From assembly GCA_964566495.1 (NCBI GenBank), contig CAZMIT010000001.1, positions 1 to 56,582 on the forward strand: a DNA stretch of 56,582 nucleotides, read 5' to 3'. A program made the position numbers and the translations under genes. The stretch is from an uncultured bacterium. GTDB lineage: Bacteria; T1Sed10-126. The notes under the pieces were generated by a model, which worked only from the letters and a program-made list of their open reading frames with translations, was not told the origin of the DNA and did not search any database. Of this stretch, positions 1-9,489 are shown one piece after another (the stretch's first letter is position 1; each line of letters opens with the position of its first letter).

Positions 1-16
1 AGATTTATAGACTTTA

Positions 17-1030
17 TCAGGCAATAATTTCCTCGTCTCCTCCGCGGGCCACCACTACCTCGCCTTCTTCTTCCAGCCGGCGGATAACATTAACAATCTG
101 TTGTTGAGCCTCTTCAACGTCGCGCACCCGCACGGGCCCCATGTATTCCAGCTCTTCTTTTATCATACCGGCAGCACGTTTACTCATGTTGTCAAATATT
201 TTCTGTTTGACGTTCTGATCGACCGCCTTTAAAGCGAGGGCCAGTTCGTCCTGGTCAACTTCACGCAAAACACGCTGGACGGAGGAGTCGTCAAGCTGGG
301 TTATATCTTCGAAGACAAACAGCTTTCGTCGAATTTCTTCCGCAAGCTCAGGGTCTTCGTCCTCCAATTTTTCAAGTATACTTTTTTCGGTGGAACGGTC
401 GGCATCGTTAAGCATCTGAACTATAGCCTCGATCCCCCCGGTAGAGGCGTATTCCTCGTTAACCAGGGAGGATAGTTTACGTTCCAGAACTCGCTCAACC
501 TCACGAATCATCTCCGGAGAGGTCCGGTCCATGAGAGCAATTCGTTTGGAAACATCAGCCTGCAAATCCTGAGGAAGTTCCTGGACTATTTCAGAAGCGG
601 TCTCGCTGTCAAGGTAGGCAAGCACGAGGGCAATGGTCTGCGGGTGTTCCCCCTGGATAAAATTCAGTATATGATCCGGATCAGCGTTACGGATAAATTC
701 AAAGGGACGAACTTCGTGAGCCGAGGTAAGACGGTCAAGAATGTCGCTTGCCTTATCTTCACCAAGAGCTTTGTTAAGAATGTTTTTAGCAGCATCCATC
801 CCCCCCTGGCTAATGTATTCCTGGGCGCGCAGCATCTCACTATATTCTTCCAGAACAGACTGACGTACCTCCGGCTCGACGGTATCCAGACGCGCAATTT
901 CAAGACTTATTTTTTCTACTTCCTGGTCACTGAGGTGTTTAAAAATTTCAGCCGATGCCTCCGAGCCCAGACTAACAAGCAGTATCGCAGTCTTGCGCAG
1001 ACCACTCATTGACTCTGTATTAGCCGCCAT
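17..1030 (-). CDS. fliG: Flagellar motor switch protein FliG
   Basis: 337-aa ORF. The N-terminal 'LRKTAILLVSLGSEASAEIFKHL' and C-terminal 'MSKRAAGMIKEELEYMGPVRVRDVEEAQQQIV' are classic FliG signatures. It lies downstream of fliF in the conserved flgB-flgC-fliE-fliF-fliG order. Confidence 0.92.
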   Translation of the reverse strand: MAANTESMSGLRKTAILLVSLGSEASAEIFKHLSDQEVEKISLEIARLDTVEPEVRQSVLEEYSEMLRAQEYISQGGMDAAKNILNKALGEDKASDILDRLTSAHEVRPFEFIRNADPDHILNFIQGEHPQTIALVLAYLDSETASEIVQELPQDLQADVSKRIALMDRTSPEMIREVERVLERKLSSLVNEEYASTGGIEAIVQMLNDADRSTEKSILEKLEDEDPELAEEIRRKLFVFEDITQLDDSSVQRVLREVDQDELALALKAVDQNVKQKIFDNMSKRAAGMIKEELEYMGPVRVRDVEEAQQQIVNVIRRLEEEGEVVVARGGDEEIIA

Positions 1031-1132
1031 ATATGATCCTCCTAATCAAAATCCGGTCCCAACAATGCCGTCCTGAACAGATAATAGTCCCTGTTAATAA
1101 TATCCCAAAATACGACGTAATTTTCAAGTCAA

Positions 1133-2752
1133 CTACATCTCTTCAGCAAACCAGCTGCGCAGCACCTGGGCGGCAGTTTCAGGATTGTCATCTACTGTTT
1201 CCTTAACCTGTTGAGCCATCTGTTCTTTTTCTTGTTGTTCAACCGAGACTTCAGCCATGAGATCACGCGCCGGCAGTTCGGGTTCCTCCTCGGGAGGCGC
1301 GGCCATTTCTTCCTCAGTCATTTGTTTTCGCCGCCGCTGCCAGAGCAACAGCAGCCCGGAGATAAAAAATGTTATTCCGAGAGCGATAGCGGCAAAATAA
1401 ATCACGCGACGACGGAAAGCCTCCTGACGCTCTTCTTCCAGCTGACGACGCATTTCATCCTCACGATCAAAACGCAAGTAGGAGACTTCTATCTGATCGC
1501 CGCGCTCCTCGTCATAACCAATCGCCGCTCGAGCCATACTTTGAATCGTTTCAATTTCCTCATCGGACGGCTCTTCATACTCCTGCACTATTTCTCCTGT
1601 CTCTTCGTCAACTTCTGTACTGTAGCGACCGTCAACACTTACAAGTGCCGACATCCGGGTGACCGCCGGGTCTTTCACAATCCGTTCCAGATTTTCATCG
1701 GCGTAATACTCAACCATACGTCGGTCTTCATCGTATCGGGTAAGATAATCGTCTTCCATCTCGTAACCGGGTATATTGGATTCGGTCCCCGCCGGTCCAC
1801 CGGGCTGTAAATCTCGCCCCTCCAACTCTCGACTTTCTTCCTGTTCCCGTCTGCGTAGCTGTTCAAAAGCTCCCTCGGGCATTCGATATTCCTTTATCTG
1901 CCGTTCAATTTCATCAAAATCCATGTCTACCGTTACCGCAACTGCCATCCGGTCACGGGTTAGCACCCGTCCGAGCGAGGACTGTAGTTTCCTCTCCAGC
2001 CGGTTCTCTATCTGACGCTTGACTTCCAGCTGCTGGGCCTGTTTCGTCGCTTCAGTATCCTCCGCATCAAAATCAGTTAAAACCCGGTTGTGCTGGTCCA
2101 TAATCGTGACGTTATTTCGATCCAACCCCACAACTCCGTAAGAGACAAGGTTAACAATCCCGTCAACCGTGGCGTCTTCAATATCAGTATAGGGGGCAAG
2201 CCGAAGCTGAACGGAAGCAGTAACCGGTTCCTCATCCTCTTTAAATAGAGCTTCCTCCTGGGGAAGAGCTATATTGACCGTAGCGTCTCGAATGTCGGGG
2301 TTAGAAACAATTGAACGTTCCAGACTGCCCTGCAGTGCCCGTTTATAGCGCATCTGACGTTCAAAGTTGGTTATCCCGATACCACCCTTTTCAAATATCT
2401 CAAAACCAACAGCGGTTTCAGGAAGCACATCGGCCTCGGCCAGTTCCAGGCGAAGCTCATCTACACGGGCCAGGGGAACTTTTACTACCTCCCGGTCGAC
2501 CCGGTGGGGAACTCCCATATCTTCAAGTTGTGCTGCTATCTGGGCGGCTTCCTGGGGGGCGAGATCACGGTTATAGAGTGGAACCCACTGGGGCTGAAAG
2601 GACCAGTACATGAGCACTGCCACAATAGCAACTGTTATTGAGACTATAACGATCAGTACTATTTGATTTTTTTGCGAAAGTCCAGCCCAAAAATCCGTTA
2701 ACTTTTCCCAAATTTGTTCCAAGATAGGCGGCATAACGATTCCCACTCCCAT
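1133..2752 (-). CDS. fliF: Flagellar M-ring protein FliF
   Basis: 539-aa ORF with an N-terminal TM segment, a large periplasmic region and a C-terminal TM segment followed by an acidic tail, which is the FliF architecture. It is positioned between fliE and fliG. The ATG at 2734 (M7, preceded by GGGAG) is a plausible alternative start. Confidence 0.88.
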   Translation of the reverse strand: MGVGIVMPPILEQIWEKLTDFWAGLSQKNQIVLIVIVSITVAIVAVLMYWSFQPQWVPLYNRDLAPQEAAQIAAQLEDMGVPHRVDREVVKVPLARVDELRLELAEADVLPETAVGFEIFEKGGIGITNFERQMRYKRALQGSLERSIVSNPDIRDATVNIALPQEEALFKEDEEPVTASVQLRLAPYTDIEDATVDGIVNLVSYGVVGLDRNNVTIMDQHNRVLTDFDAEDTEATKQAQQLEVKRQIENRLERKLQSSLGRVLTRDRMAVAVTVDMDFDEIERQIKEYRMPEGAFEQLRRREQEESRELEGRDLQPGGPAGTESNIPGYEMEDDYLTRYDEDRRMVEYYADENLERIVKDPAVTRMSALVSVDGRYSTEVDEETGEIVQEYEEPSDEEIETIQSMARAAIGYDEERGDQIEVSYLRFDREDEMRRQLEEERQEAFRRRVIYFAAIALGITFFISGLLLLWQRRRKQMTEEEMAAPPEEEPELPARDLMAEVSVEQQEKEQMAQQVKETVDDNPETAAQVLRSWFAEEM

Positions 2753-2912
2753 TCAAAATGTTAAGCTATCCAGTATTTATCAAGTTAAAAAAGTCTGTAA
2801 AGCCTTCACAGTGCAAAACACTTTCCGATTATTAAATTGTATTTGTGGGGCGCTAAACATGCACCTTGAATTTACAGATCAGCTAAGCCTTAAAAAGAAC
2901 AAGACCAAAAAT

Positions 2913-3251
2913 TTACTGCATCTGGGATAAGCGCTGGTAGGCATCCAGCAACTTCTGTCGCACCAGAGCAACGAGACGTATCGACATCTGAGCCTTCTGC
3001 TGGGCCACGGTTACATCATGAACATTATCAATTTCACCAGCGGCAAAAAGACGCATTTTTTCCTGCGCTTCTTCCTGTTTTCCTTCTACTTCGTTCAGTT
3101 TTTCTCCCAGAAAAGAAGTAAAATCCTCGGTAAGTTCTTTTGTGGTTGAGGTGGAGGGCTCCTCTGGGTCAGACAAAAGTGACATCTGACTCTGAGGGTT
3201 AATCGAGGTTATGTCGCTTGCTTCCTGCAATTTGCTTCCCTCCCATTCCAT
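2913..3251 (-). CDS. fliE: Flagellar hook-basal body complex protein FliE
   Basis: 112-aa ORF. The C-terminal 'VHDVTVAQQKAQMSIRLVALVRQKLLDAYQRLSQMQ' matches the conserved FliE C-terminus. It follows flgC as in canonical operons. Confidence 0.8.
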   Translation of the reverse strand: MEWEGSKLQEASDITSINPQSQMSLLSDPEEPSTSTTKELTEDFTSFLGEKLNEVEGKQEEAQEKMRLFAAGEIDNVHDVTVAQQKAQMSIRLVALVRQKLLDAYQRLSQMQ

Positions 3252-3348
3252 TCACTTAACTTCCATTCAGATCATAAATCTAAATTCCCCTGATCGATTG
3301 CGCTAAATGTAAGTATAAAGGGAAAAGAAAAAAATTGCAAAGATTTTT

Positions 3349-3798
3349 TTAATGAGCTATCTGTAAGGCTCTATTAAACATTTGTTTTGCTGATTCAACA
3401 GCGGTAGTATTTGCCTGGAAAGCGCGACTGGCCGTAATCATATCAACCATCTCCTTGACCGGTTCGACGTTCGGCTTCTCCACATAACCATCCTCCCCGG
3501 CATCGGGGTGGCTGGGGTCATGTACCCGTTTTGGCTCTCCTTCAGCTTCCGTTATTTCTGTAGCCCTGACACCACGTCCGCTATCCCGGGCGCTTAAACC
3601 CTGGCGGGGCAAAGAGATGAGTCCGGGGATCCCTCGTTCCTTCTTCTCTCGCGGCTCCAACCGTACCACTTTGCGCATGTAAGGTCCGCCATCCTCGGTA
3701 CGAGTCGTGTTGGAATTGGCAAGATTATCTGCAATCGTGTCCATACGCAGTCGTTCAGCAGTCATTCCTGTAGCCGATGTATCAATAGCTCCAAACAA
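3349..3798 (-). CDS. flgC: Flagellar basal-body rod protein FlgC
   Basis: The N-terminus 'MFGAIDTSATGMTAERLRMDTIADNLANSNTTRT' is the flagellar rod-protein signature. The C-terminal 'ASRAFQANTTAVESAKQMFNRAL' is also typical. Confidence 0.9.
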   Translation of the reverse strand: MFGAIDTSATGMTAERLRMDTIADNLANSNTTRTEDGGPYMRKVVRLEPREKKERGIPGLISLPRQGLSARDSGRGVRATEITEAEGEPKRVHDPSHPDAGEDGYVEKPNVEPVKEMVDMITASRAFQANTTAVESAKQMFNRALQIAH

Positions 3799-3811
3799 TT
3801 TTTATACCTCC

Positions 3812-4219
3812 CTAACGTTCAAGTGTACCCAGCAGTTGAGTCAGGTTGTTAAATTGCTTACGAGTCATCGTGGCAAGCCCGTTGTAATATAGAGTATTTT
3901 TGCTTAACTCAGCGGCTTCCTTGTCAGGATCAATATTGTTTTTGTCGTTGCGCATTGAGGTGTCGTCAACTTCGATAACTTCCGGCTGGACTTCGTCCCA
4001 GTCAGAATCAAACTCCCAGTCTCTGAAGGGCGAGGACCTGTCAAACTCATCCGGTATATATTTTTCCTTTAGCTGATCCTTGAAGGAAACATCACGACGT
4101 TTATAGCCCGGTGTGTTGGCGTTGGCAAGATTGTTAGAGAAAGCCTCGTGACGCTTGGTGGCTCCCCCCATGGCATCACGAAACATGTCAATTGTTCCCA
4201 TTTCCAATGATTGAGTCAT
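3812..4219 (-). CDS. flgB: Flagellar basal-body rod protein FlgB
   Basis: 'SNNLANANTPGYKRRDVSF' is the rod-protein N-terminal motif. At 135 aa it is the first gene of the flgB-flgC-fliE block. Confidence 0.85.
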   Translation of the reverse strand: MTQSLEMGTIDMFRDAMGGATKRHEAFSNNLANANTPGYKRRDVSFKDQLKEKYIPDEFDRSSPFRDWEFDSDWDEVQPEVIEVDDTSMRNDKNNIDPDKEAAELSKNTLYYNGLATMTRKQFNNLTQLLGTLER

Positions 4220-4316
4220 AATTGATTCTCCTTCCCATTCAATTCTTTTATAGTTCTTATTTATATTCGACAGATTCTCCTGGGAAGTTAAATTTTTTTA
4301 TCTTTGCTTAGCCGGG

Positions 4317-5219
4317 TTAAAAAGCTCGGGGATGGGCCTGATCGTAGATTTCCTTTAAGCGATCGGTGGATACATGCGTATAAATCTGTGTTGTTGAAAT
4401 AGTGGAATGCCCCAGAAGCTCCTGTACAGCCCTTAAATCGGCACCACGGTTAAGCATGTGGGTCGCACAGCTATGGCGAAAAACGTGAGGACTGATTGGT
4501 TTTTGGACGTCACAGCGGGCCTGGTATTTGTCAACAATATAACGGATGCCTCGCGAACTAAGAGAACCGCCTCTATTGTTCTGAAAAAGTGGGGCCTCAG
4601 AATCGGCGGTGACTTCCTTCCGATAATCTTCCAGCGCCTCGACCGCCGGCGGGCCAAGAGGCACTACACGCAACTTCCCCCCCTTGCCTGTCACTTCCAG
4701 TTGAGCTCTATCCGGGTCGTAGTCCCCCCACTTCAGGTTGCTAAGCTCCGAGACTCGGGCCCCGGTGGAATACAAAACTTCAAAGAGAGCCCGGTCACGT
4801 TTCTGGTTGTTGTCGTCCGACGAGGGAAGCTCAATAAACTGTGACATCTCTTTTTCGCTCCAAACGGTGGGAAGAGCTCGACTTGAATCCGTAAAAGAAA
4901 GGTCGGCGGCCGGATTGTCTTCCCTATCATTTCTGCGGGTTAAAAAGCCATAGAAAGCCTTTACAGCAGCCACTCGTCTTTCGACAGTGCTGTCGGCAAG
5001 CCCCCGTTCTCGCAGCCAGACTAAAAAGCTGCTCAACTGCTCCTCAGATGCTTCAAGTGGGGGAGTATCCTCAGAAATAGTATTTAGATACTGCTGAAGA
5101 ATCAATAAATCTTTTCGGTATGCACGTAGCGTATCGTCGGAATAGTTCTTTTCGTTGCGACAGTACTGGAGAAACCTTTCCACCGCCGGCGACGGCTCAA
5201 GCTCTATCTTTGAACTCAT
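4317..5219 (-). CDS. xerC: Tyrosine site-specific recombinase, XerC/XerD (CodV-like) family
   Basis: 300 aa. The N-terminal SAM-like domain reads 'YSDDTLRAYRKDLLIL'. Catalytic residues are visible in 'GARVSELSNL' (R), 'HVFRHSCATHML' (HxxR) and 'LGHSTISTTQIYTHV' (H and Y). Confidence 0.85.
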   Translation of the reverse strand: MSSKIELEPSPAVERFLQYCRNEKNYSDDTLRAYRKDLLILQQYLNTISEDTPPLEASEEQLSSFLVWLRERGLADSTVERRVAAVKAFYGFLTRRNDREDNPAADLSFTDSSRALPTVWSEKEMSQFIELPSSDDNNQKRDRALFEVLYSTGARVSELSNLKWGDYDPDRAQLEVTGKGGKLRVVPLGPPAVEALEDYRKEVTADSEAPLFQNNRGGSLSSRGIRYIVDKYQARCDVQKPISPHVFRHSCATHMLNRGADLRAVQELLGHSTISTTQIYTHVSTDRLKEIYDQAHPRAF

Positions 5220-5228
5220 TTGTACCGA

Positions 5229-6362
5229 CTATTTTACTCGAACTTCAAGATGGCGCAGGTCCTGGCTCTTTTGATAACGCTGACCGGGCAGCGCATGAAT
5301 AATATTTTCAGCTTCCAGGTCGAGCAACAAGCGCGAACACTCGCCTATGCTCAACCCGGTAGCTACGACGAGCTCATCAATATGAGAGGGTTTAAAACTT
5401 AGCTTCTGCAGCAATTCATTTGCCTCGCCAGAAATCTCCACCTTTTGTTCTTGCGGCGAAAATTGTCCCTCAAGCTGTAGAAAATCGACAACGTCTTCCA
5501 CGGATTCGACGAGCGCTGCCCCCCTCTTGATTAGCATATGGCAGCCACTGTGTTTGCCGTCCCCCACTGCACCGGGAACAGCATATACCTCCCGACCCTG
5601 CTCTAACGCAAAATCAGCCGTAATCAGCGCACCACTGCGCTGCGGTGCCTGAACTACTATCACCGCCCGGCTGAGACCGCTGATAATCCGGTTGCGAGCC
5701 GGAAAATGAGTCGGATGGGGCTTAGTGCCGGGCGGATATTCAGAAATCAATAGATGATCTTGGGCTAGCCGGTCGTAAAGTTTACGATTGCGTGCCGGGT
5801 AAACTCGATCAACGCCGGTGCCCAGGACAGCAACAGTATTTCCTTTCTCGAGCGCCCCTTTGTGGGCGGCGGTATCAATGCCGGCAGCCATTCCACTAAC
5901 AATTGTCAACCCCAATTCGGCAAGACCGCCACTCAGCTCGGTCGCTATTTCACGCCCCCCCTCACTGCAGCGGCGGGTCCCAACAATGGCGACAGAGGGT
6001 TCCGTAAGTAACTCCGGATGGCCCCGATAATAGAGAACGGGTGGCGGAGAATAAGTTTCCTTTAAAAAACGAGGATAGTGGGGGTCAACTTCGCTCAGCA
6101 ATCCTACATTTTTTTGCCTCAGACGCTCGGCGGCCTCCTCAATTTCCCACTGCTTCAACTTATCATGCAGCGAATCAAGGCTTAACCCCTGCAACTCTCG
6201 CAAATCTGCCTCATACAGGGTTTGCGGCGACTGAAATAACAGTTGGGCGGATTCTACTTGTTCCAGTATTTTGTGCAATATTTTTTCACCAACGCCGTCA
6301 ACACTACAAAGCAGCGCCCGTGCCACCGACTCTGGATTGGGCCGTTCAGGCTCGACTGTCAA
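5229..6362 (-). CDS. dprA: DNA-processing protein DprA (Smf)
   Basis: 377 aa. The Rossmann core motifs 'VAIVGTRRCS' and 'IVSGMAAGIDTAAHKGAL' are present, with a C-terminal winged-helix-like extension. Confidence 0.9.
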   Translation of the reverse strand: MTVEPERPNPESVARALLCSVDGVGEKILHKILEQVESAQLLFQSPQTLYEADLRELQGLSLDSLHDKLKQWEIEEAAERLRQKNVGLLSEVDPHYPRFLKETYSPPPVLYYRGHPELLTEPSVAIVGTRRCSEGGREIATELSGGLAELGLTIVSGMAAGIDTAAHKGALEKGNTVAVLGTGVDRVYPARNRKLYDRLAQDHLLISEYPPGTKPHPTHFPARNRIISGLSRAVIVVQAPQRSGALITADFALEQGREVYAVPGAVGDGKHSGCHMLIKRGAALVESVEDVVDFLQLEGQFSPQEQKVEISGEANELLQKLSFKPSHIDELVVATGLSIGECSRLLLDLEAENIIHALPGQRYQKSQDLRHLEVRVK

Positions 6363-7192
6363 TCGATGCCCAGCTCCTTCATCTGTCGCTGTAGACGTGG
6401 ATCATCGGGATATATCGAGGCCGCATGCCGCAGCTGATTAGCGGCCAACTGATGAGCTCCCATTGTTCGATAAACCTGGCTCAATAATCGATGCGTCCGG
6501 AACTTATCAGCCCGGGGTAGACGCTCCATTTCCAAAATCGAGTGGTAGATGTCACGAGCCGCCGAAACGTTGTTAATTTCAAATTCAAGTTTTCCAAGCG
6601 TGAACCGGGCACGCCGGACAAGCGGCCGGTTTTGAGCGGTCAGCGGCAGGTCATAAGCAACCTCCTCCAGGTGCTGGCGCCCCCGGGCCACCTCCCCCTG
6701 CCGAAAAGCTTTCAAAAGACCAAGATAATACTTTGCCTCGTAAAGTTCAGGTTCCAGGTCAAGAGCAACCCTCAGAGCATCAATCGCCAGCTCAACTTTT
6801 TCCGGATCAACTTGACTCCACTCCCCGTATATCTGGCCCTTCAAATAATACCAGCGAGCATGAGTCGGTTGAATCTGAATTAGCTTCTCCGCCTGCTCAA
6901 CTGCTTTGGGCCACATCTCCTGCCGCCGGTAGTAGTCCATCAGCTTCCGAGTCACGTGCAGGTTCCACTCGGCGGCACTCATCTGAATTTCAACAAGTCG
7001 ATCCAACAAGCGCTGCGAGTGTTCTAAACTTTCAATTGCTTCAGTATCAGACAGATCAGCCGTACGGGCCAACCGCTTGGCGGTTTGCAGAGCTTCTTCC
7101 TGGGGGGTCTGACCACAAGCGGAAAGCAAGGGGGACAAAATTAAAAGGATGAAAAAAATACCGGTGAGAAAATTACTCCGTTCAGAAATCAG
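6359..7192 (-). CDS. TPR-repeat lipoprotein (function unknown)
   Basis: The ORF track starts at TTG 7138 ('MSPLLSAC'). The in-frame upstream codons read 'LISERSNFLTGIFFILLILSPLLSAC', a complete lipoprotein signal peptide plus lipobox. I therefore extend the CDS to CTG 7192 (or ATT 7189), with GAGGGAG 6 nt upstream. The body contains TPR-like helical repeats. Confidence 0.6.
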   Translation of the reverse strand: MISERSNFLTGIFFILLILSPLLSACGQTPQEEALQTAKRLARTADLSDTEAIESLEHSQRLLDRLVEIQMSAAEWNLHVTRKLMDYYRRQEMWPKAVEQAEKLIQIQPTHARWYYLKGQIYGEWSQVDPEKVELAIDALRVALDLEPELYEAKYYLGLLKAFRQGEVARGRQHLEEVAYDLPLTAQNRPLVRRARFTLGKLEFEINNVSAARDIYHSILEMERLPRADKFRTHRLLSQVYRTMGAHQLAANQLRHAASIYPDDPRLQRQMKELGID

Positions 7193-8276
7193 GAGTGGCT
7201 CCCTCGGGGTCTTGCATTAACTGCAGCAATCGGTTGCCGTCCGAGAGCAGGAAAGCCGTACTCGCGTCAAAACCTTCTTCGTATGCTTCCAGGGAACGCA
7301 TGAAGCGGAAGAACTCGGGATCGCGCTGGTAAGCTTCGGCCCAGATGGAAATCGCCCGCCGTTCGGCACGGCCGCGTATTTCCTCGGCCCGACGGCGGCC
7401 CTCAGAAATAAGTTCGTCCTTCCTTTCTGATATTTCCCCTTCAACTTCGATTATAATTTCCTCGCCCTCACTCTCATACTGCTGGGCAACTCGATTCCTT
7501 TCGGCTTTCATTCGATCAAAAACATTTTCTCGAACATTGCCCGGATAATTCACCCGGGTAAACAGAACATCTACGAGCTGAATGCCGTATTCATCCAATA
7601 GGTGCTGAGCCTTATCTTTTTCAATTCGCCGCAGCAGCTCTCCCCGCCCGTAACGGATTTCATCAACCGCCACCTCATCAACCTCCTCGGTTTCCTCGTC
7701 AACGGCTTCCAGCAGTTCCTCGACCTCTTCGTCGAGACCTGTGTCCTCATCGCGAATCACTTCGATGAGTAACGTCTCCGAAATCAAATCCTCAACGCTG
7801 GAGTTTATCTCCGAGGCAAGCTGCAACAGGGCCTGACGCCGGTCACCCAGTGATTCGTAGAAATTTATGGGATCAACGATGCGCCAGCGGGCGTTGGCTT
7901 CAATCAACAGGGAACGCAGATCCTTGGTTGAAATTTCGTGCTCAGCGCCATCCCAGACAAGAACGCGGGCGTCGAAATAATGGGCTTGATCGACAAACGG
8001 GAGTTTGAAATAGAGGCCGGCTCCCCGTTGTAGCATTCCCTGGTTATATTTTTCCTGGATGTCCTCAAAGCTGAAGTCAATCACAGGATCAACCTCATCT
8101 GCAACCGCTCGGTCCTCGCGGAAAGCAGGCAAAACAGCGTATTGAACCTCTCCAAAACGAGTTACGACAACATTCTGATACTCGGGTACAAAATAAATTA
8201 AACCACTGCCATAAGCAAGCAATGGCAGGCCAATGACAATCAGCAGCAGAGCAACTATTACTTTAAGAAATTTCAA
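7182..8276 (-). CDS. hflC: SPFH/band-7 protease modulator HflC
   Basis: 364 aa with an N-terminal TM segment and an SPFH domain ('VVVTRFGEV'). It is paired immediately downstream of hflK. It carries an acidic insert, 'DEEVEELLEAVDEETEEVDE'. Confidence 0.8.
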   Translation of the reverse strand: MKFLKVIVALLLIVIGLPLLAYGSGLIYFVPEYQNVVVTRFGEVQYAVLPAFREDRAVADEVDPVIDFSFEDIQEKYNQGMLQRGAGLYFKLPFVDQAHYFDARVLVWDGAEHEISTKDLRSLLIEANARWRIVDPINFYESLGDRRQALLQLASEINSSVEDLISETLLIEVIRDEDTGLDEEVEELLEAVDEETEEVDEVAVDEIRYGRGELLRRIEKDKAQHLLDEYGIQLVDVLFTRVNYPGNVRENVFDRMKAERNRVAQQYESEGEEIIIEVEGEISERKDELISEGRRRAEEIRGRAERRAISIWAEAYQRDPEFFRFMRSLEAYEEGFDASTAFLLSDGNRLLQLMQDPEGATPDF

Positions 8277-8279
8277 TAT

Positions 8280-9272
8280 TTAGTCCTCCCGACCGAGGTT
8301 GAGGTGGGGCAAAAGTCCCGGAATTTGGCTGTCAATCACACGCACATCCTCGCTTTCTTTGATAACCGTCTCCATTGTCTCCAGAAACATTCGTTCCCGG
8401 GTCACTTCAGGGGCAAGCTGATATTCTTCAAGCATTTCTTCAAAACGCGTCGCCTGGCCGAGAGCCAGGTTAATTCGAGCAGCACTATCTCCACGGGCTT
8501 CAGCAATCATTTGCTGGCGGCGACCGCGGGCCGGCGGTATTTCACGCTCCCACTTTTCTTGCGCCTGGTGCCGTTTCTCTTCGCGAATCTGACGAGCACT
8601 ATTAACCCGGTGAAAAGCTGGCACAACCAGCTCTGGCGGTTCACTCTGTTGGATGTTAACCTCGCTGACAGTAATCCCGGAGTTATAGTTGTCAAGCAAT
8701 TGCTGTAATTTGTTACGGGATTTACGAGCAATTTCGCGGCGCGCTGCTGTTATGGCGTCAACCACATCATAATCGCCGGTCACCTGCCGCAGTGCCGATT
8801 GACTGGCCTGGCGAATCAGGGGAACCTCGTCCTGAACGTTCAAGACATAAAGGACAGGGTCGGACCGCCGGTAGAGAACATCCCACTCAATTCGAGCCAC
8901 GCCCAGGTCGCCGGAGAGAATTAGCGCCTCCGCGTCGAGATCTGAGATTTGTCTCTCGTCGGGGCGGTGGCCAAAGGATTGGCGATTCATTCGTTGAGTG
9001 TTAACAACGTGAAGTCTTTCCAGTGGATAAGGCAACTTCCATCCCAGGCCGGGCGGAATCTGACGAGAAAAACGACCAAATCGGAGCAGAATACCCCGTT
9101 CATCGCGATCAATTTGATAAATCATCGTCGGTAATAGCAGCAGCGCAAGCACAAGCAGTACGGCCAGCACAGTTACCGGCCAGTATCTGAGCCAGTCCGC
9201 CGCCTCTGCAAAAAAATCACTAAAATCATTTTCCGGTTTTTCAAAACCGGGTCCACCAAAATCCTCAGACAA
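8280..9272 (-). CDS. hflK: SPFH/band-7 protease modulator HflK
   Basis: 330 aa with an N-terminal TM segment, an SPFH domain ('ERGILLRFGRFSRQIPPGLGWKLPYPLE') and a coiled-coil C-terminus. There is a 3-nt gap to hflC. Confidence 0.8.
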   Translation of the reverse strand: MSEDFGGPGFEKPENDFSDFFAEAADWLRYWPVTVLAVLLVLALLLLPTMIYQIDRDERGILLRFGRFSRQIPPGLGWKLPYPLERLHVVNTQRMNRQSFGHRPDERQISDLDAEALILSGDLGVARIEWDVLYRRSDPVLYVLNVQDEVPLIRQASQSALRQVTGDYDVVDAITAARREIARKSRNKLQQLLDNYNSGITVSEVNIQQSEPPELVVPAFHRVNSARQIREEKRHQAQEKWEREIPPARGRRQQMIAEARGDSAARINLALGQATRFEEMLEEYQLAPEVTRERMFLETMETVIKESEDVRVIDSQIPGLLPHLNLGRED

Positions 9273-9326
9273 TTTTAATCACTCCGTAGTGCTCAGTCAC
9301 AACTGAATTTTCGGGTTGCTCCTTGT

Positions 9327-9431
9327 CGTCATTGCCAACAGGTCATCATGACCGGACTTGATCCGGGGAACAACCGAACAATCAGCACTACCGATTGTCA
9401 TTGCCCAACTTGATTGGACAATCCAGTGACG
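9327..9431 (+). repeat. Composite REP-like palindromic element, copy 1 (GTCATTGCC...hairpin...ATCCAGTGAC family)
   Basis: About 105 nt, alignable over most of its length by eye with 29422-29527 (many mismatches; copy 1 looks degraded). It contains the hairpins 'accggacttgatccgggg' and 'attgcccaacttgattggacaat'. Confidence 0.75.
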
Positions 9432-9460
9432 TTGATTTTAGACCATCAGAAATTCAACGC

Positions 9461-9489
9461 CACTGGATTCCCGCTTCCGCGAGAATGAC
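9461..9489 (-). repeat. REP-like hairpin element (inverted orientation)
   Basis: The reverse complement reads 'gtcattctcgcggaagcgggaatccagtg'. This has the same GTCAT-stem-loop-stem-ATCCAG layout. Confidence 0.7.

Noticed and set aside
4220-4316. A possible FliA (sigma-28) promoter upstream of flgB ('TAAC-N16-TCGAATAT' on the minus strand).
   Set aside because: Both half-sites match the TAAA-N15-GCCGATAA consensus poorly and the spacing is off by one. This is not supportable without a transcription-start map.
4317-6362. The tyrosine recombinase plus dprA as a marker of an integrated mobile element.
   Set aside because: The recombinase has the Xer/CodV housekeeping architecture and sits in a conserved dprA-xerC-flgB context. 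There are no flanking direct repeats, tRNA, phage or conjugation genes.
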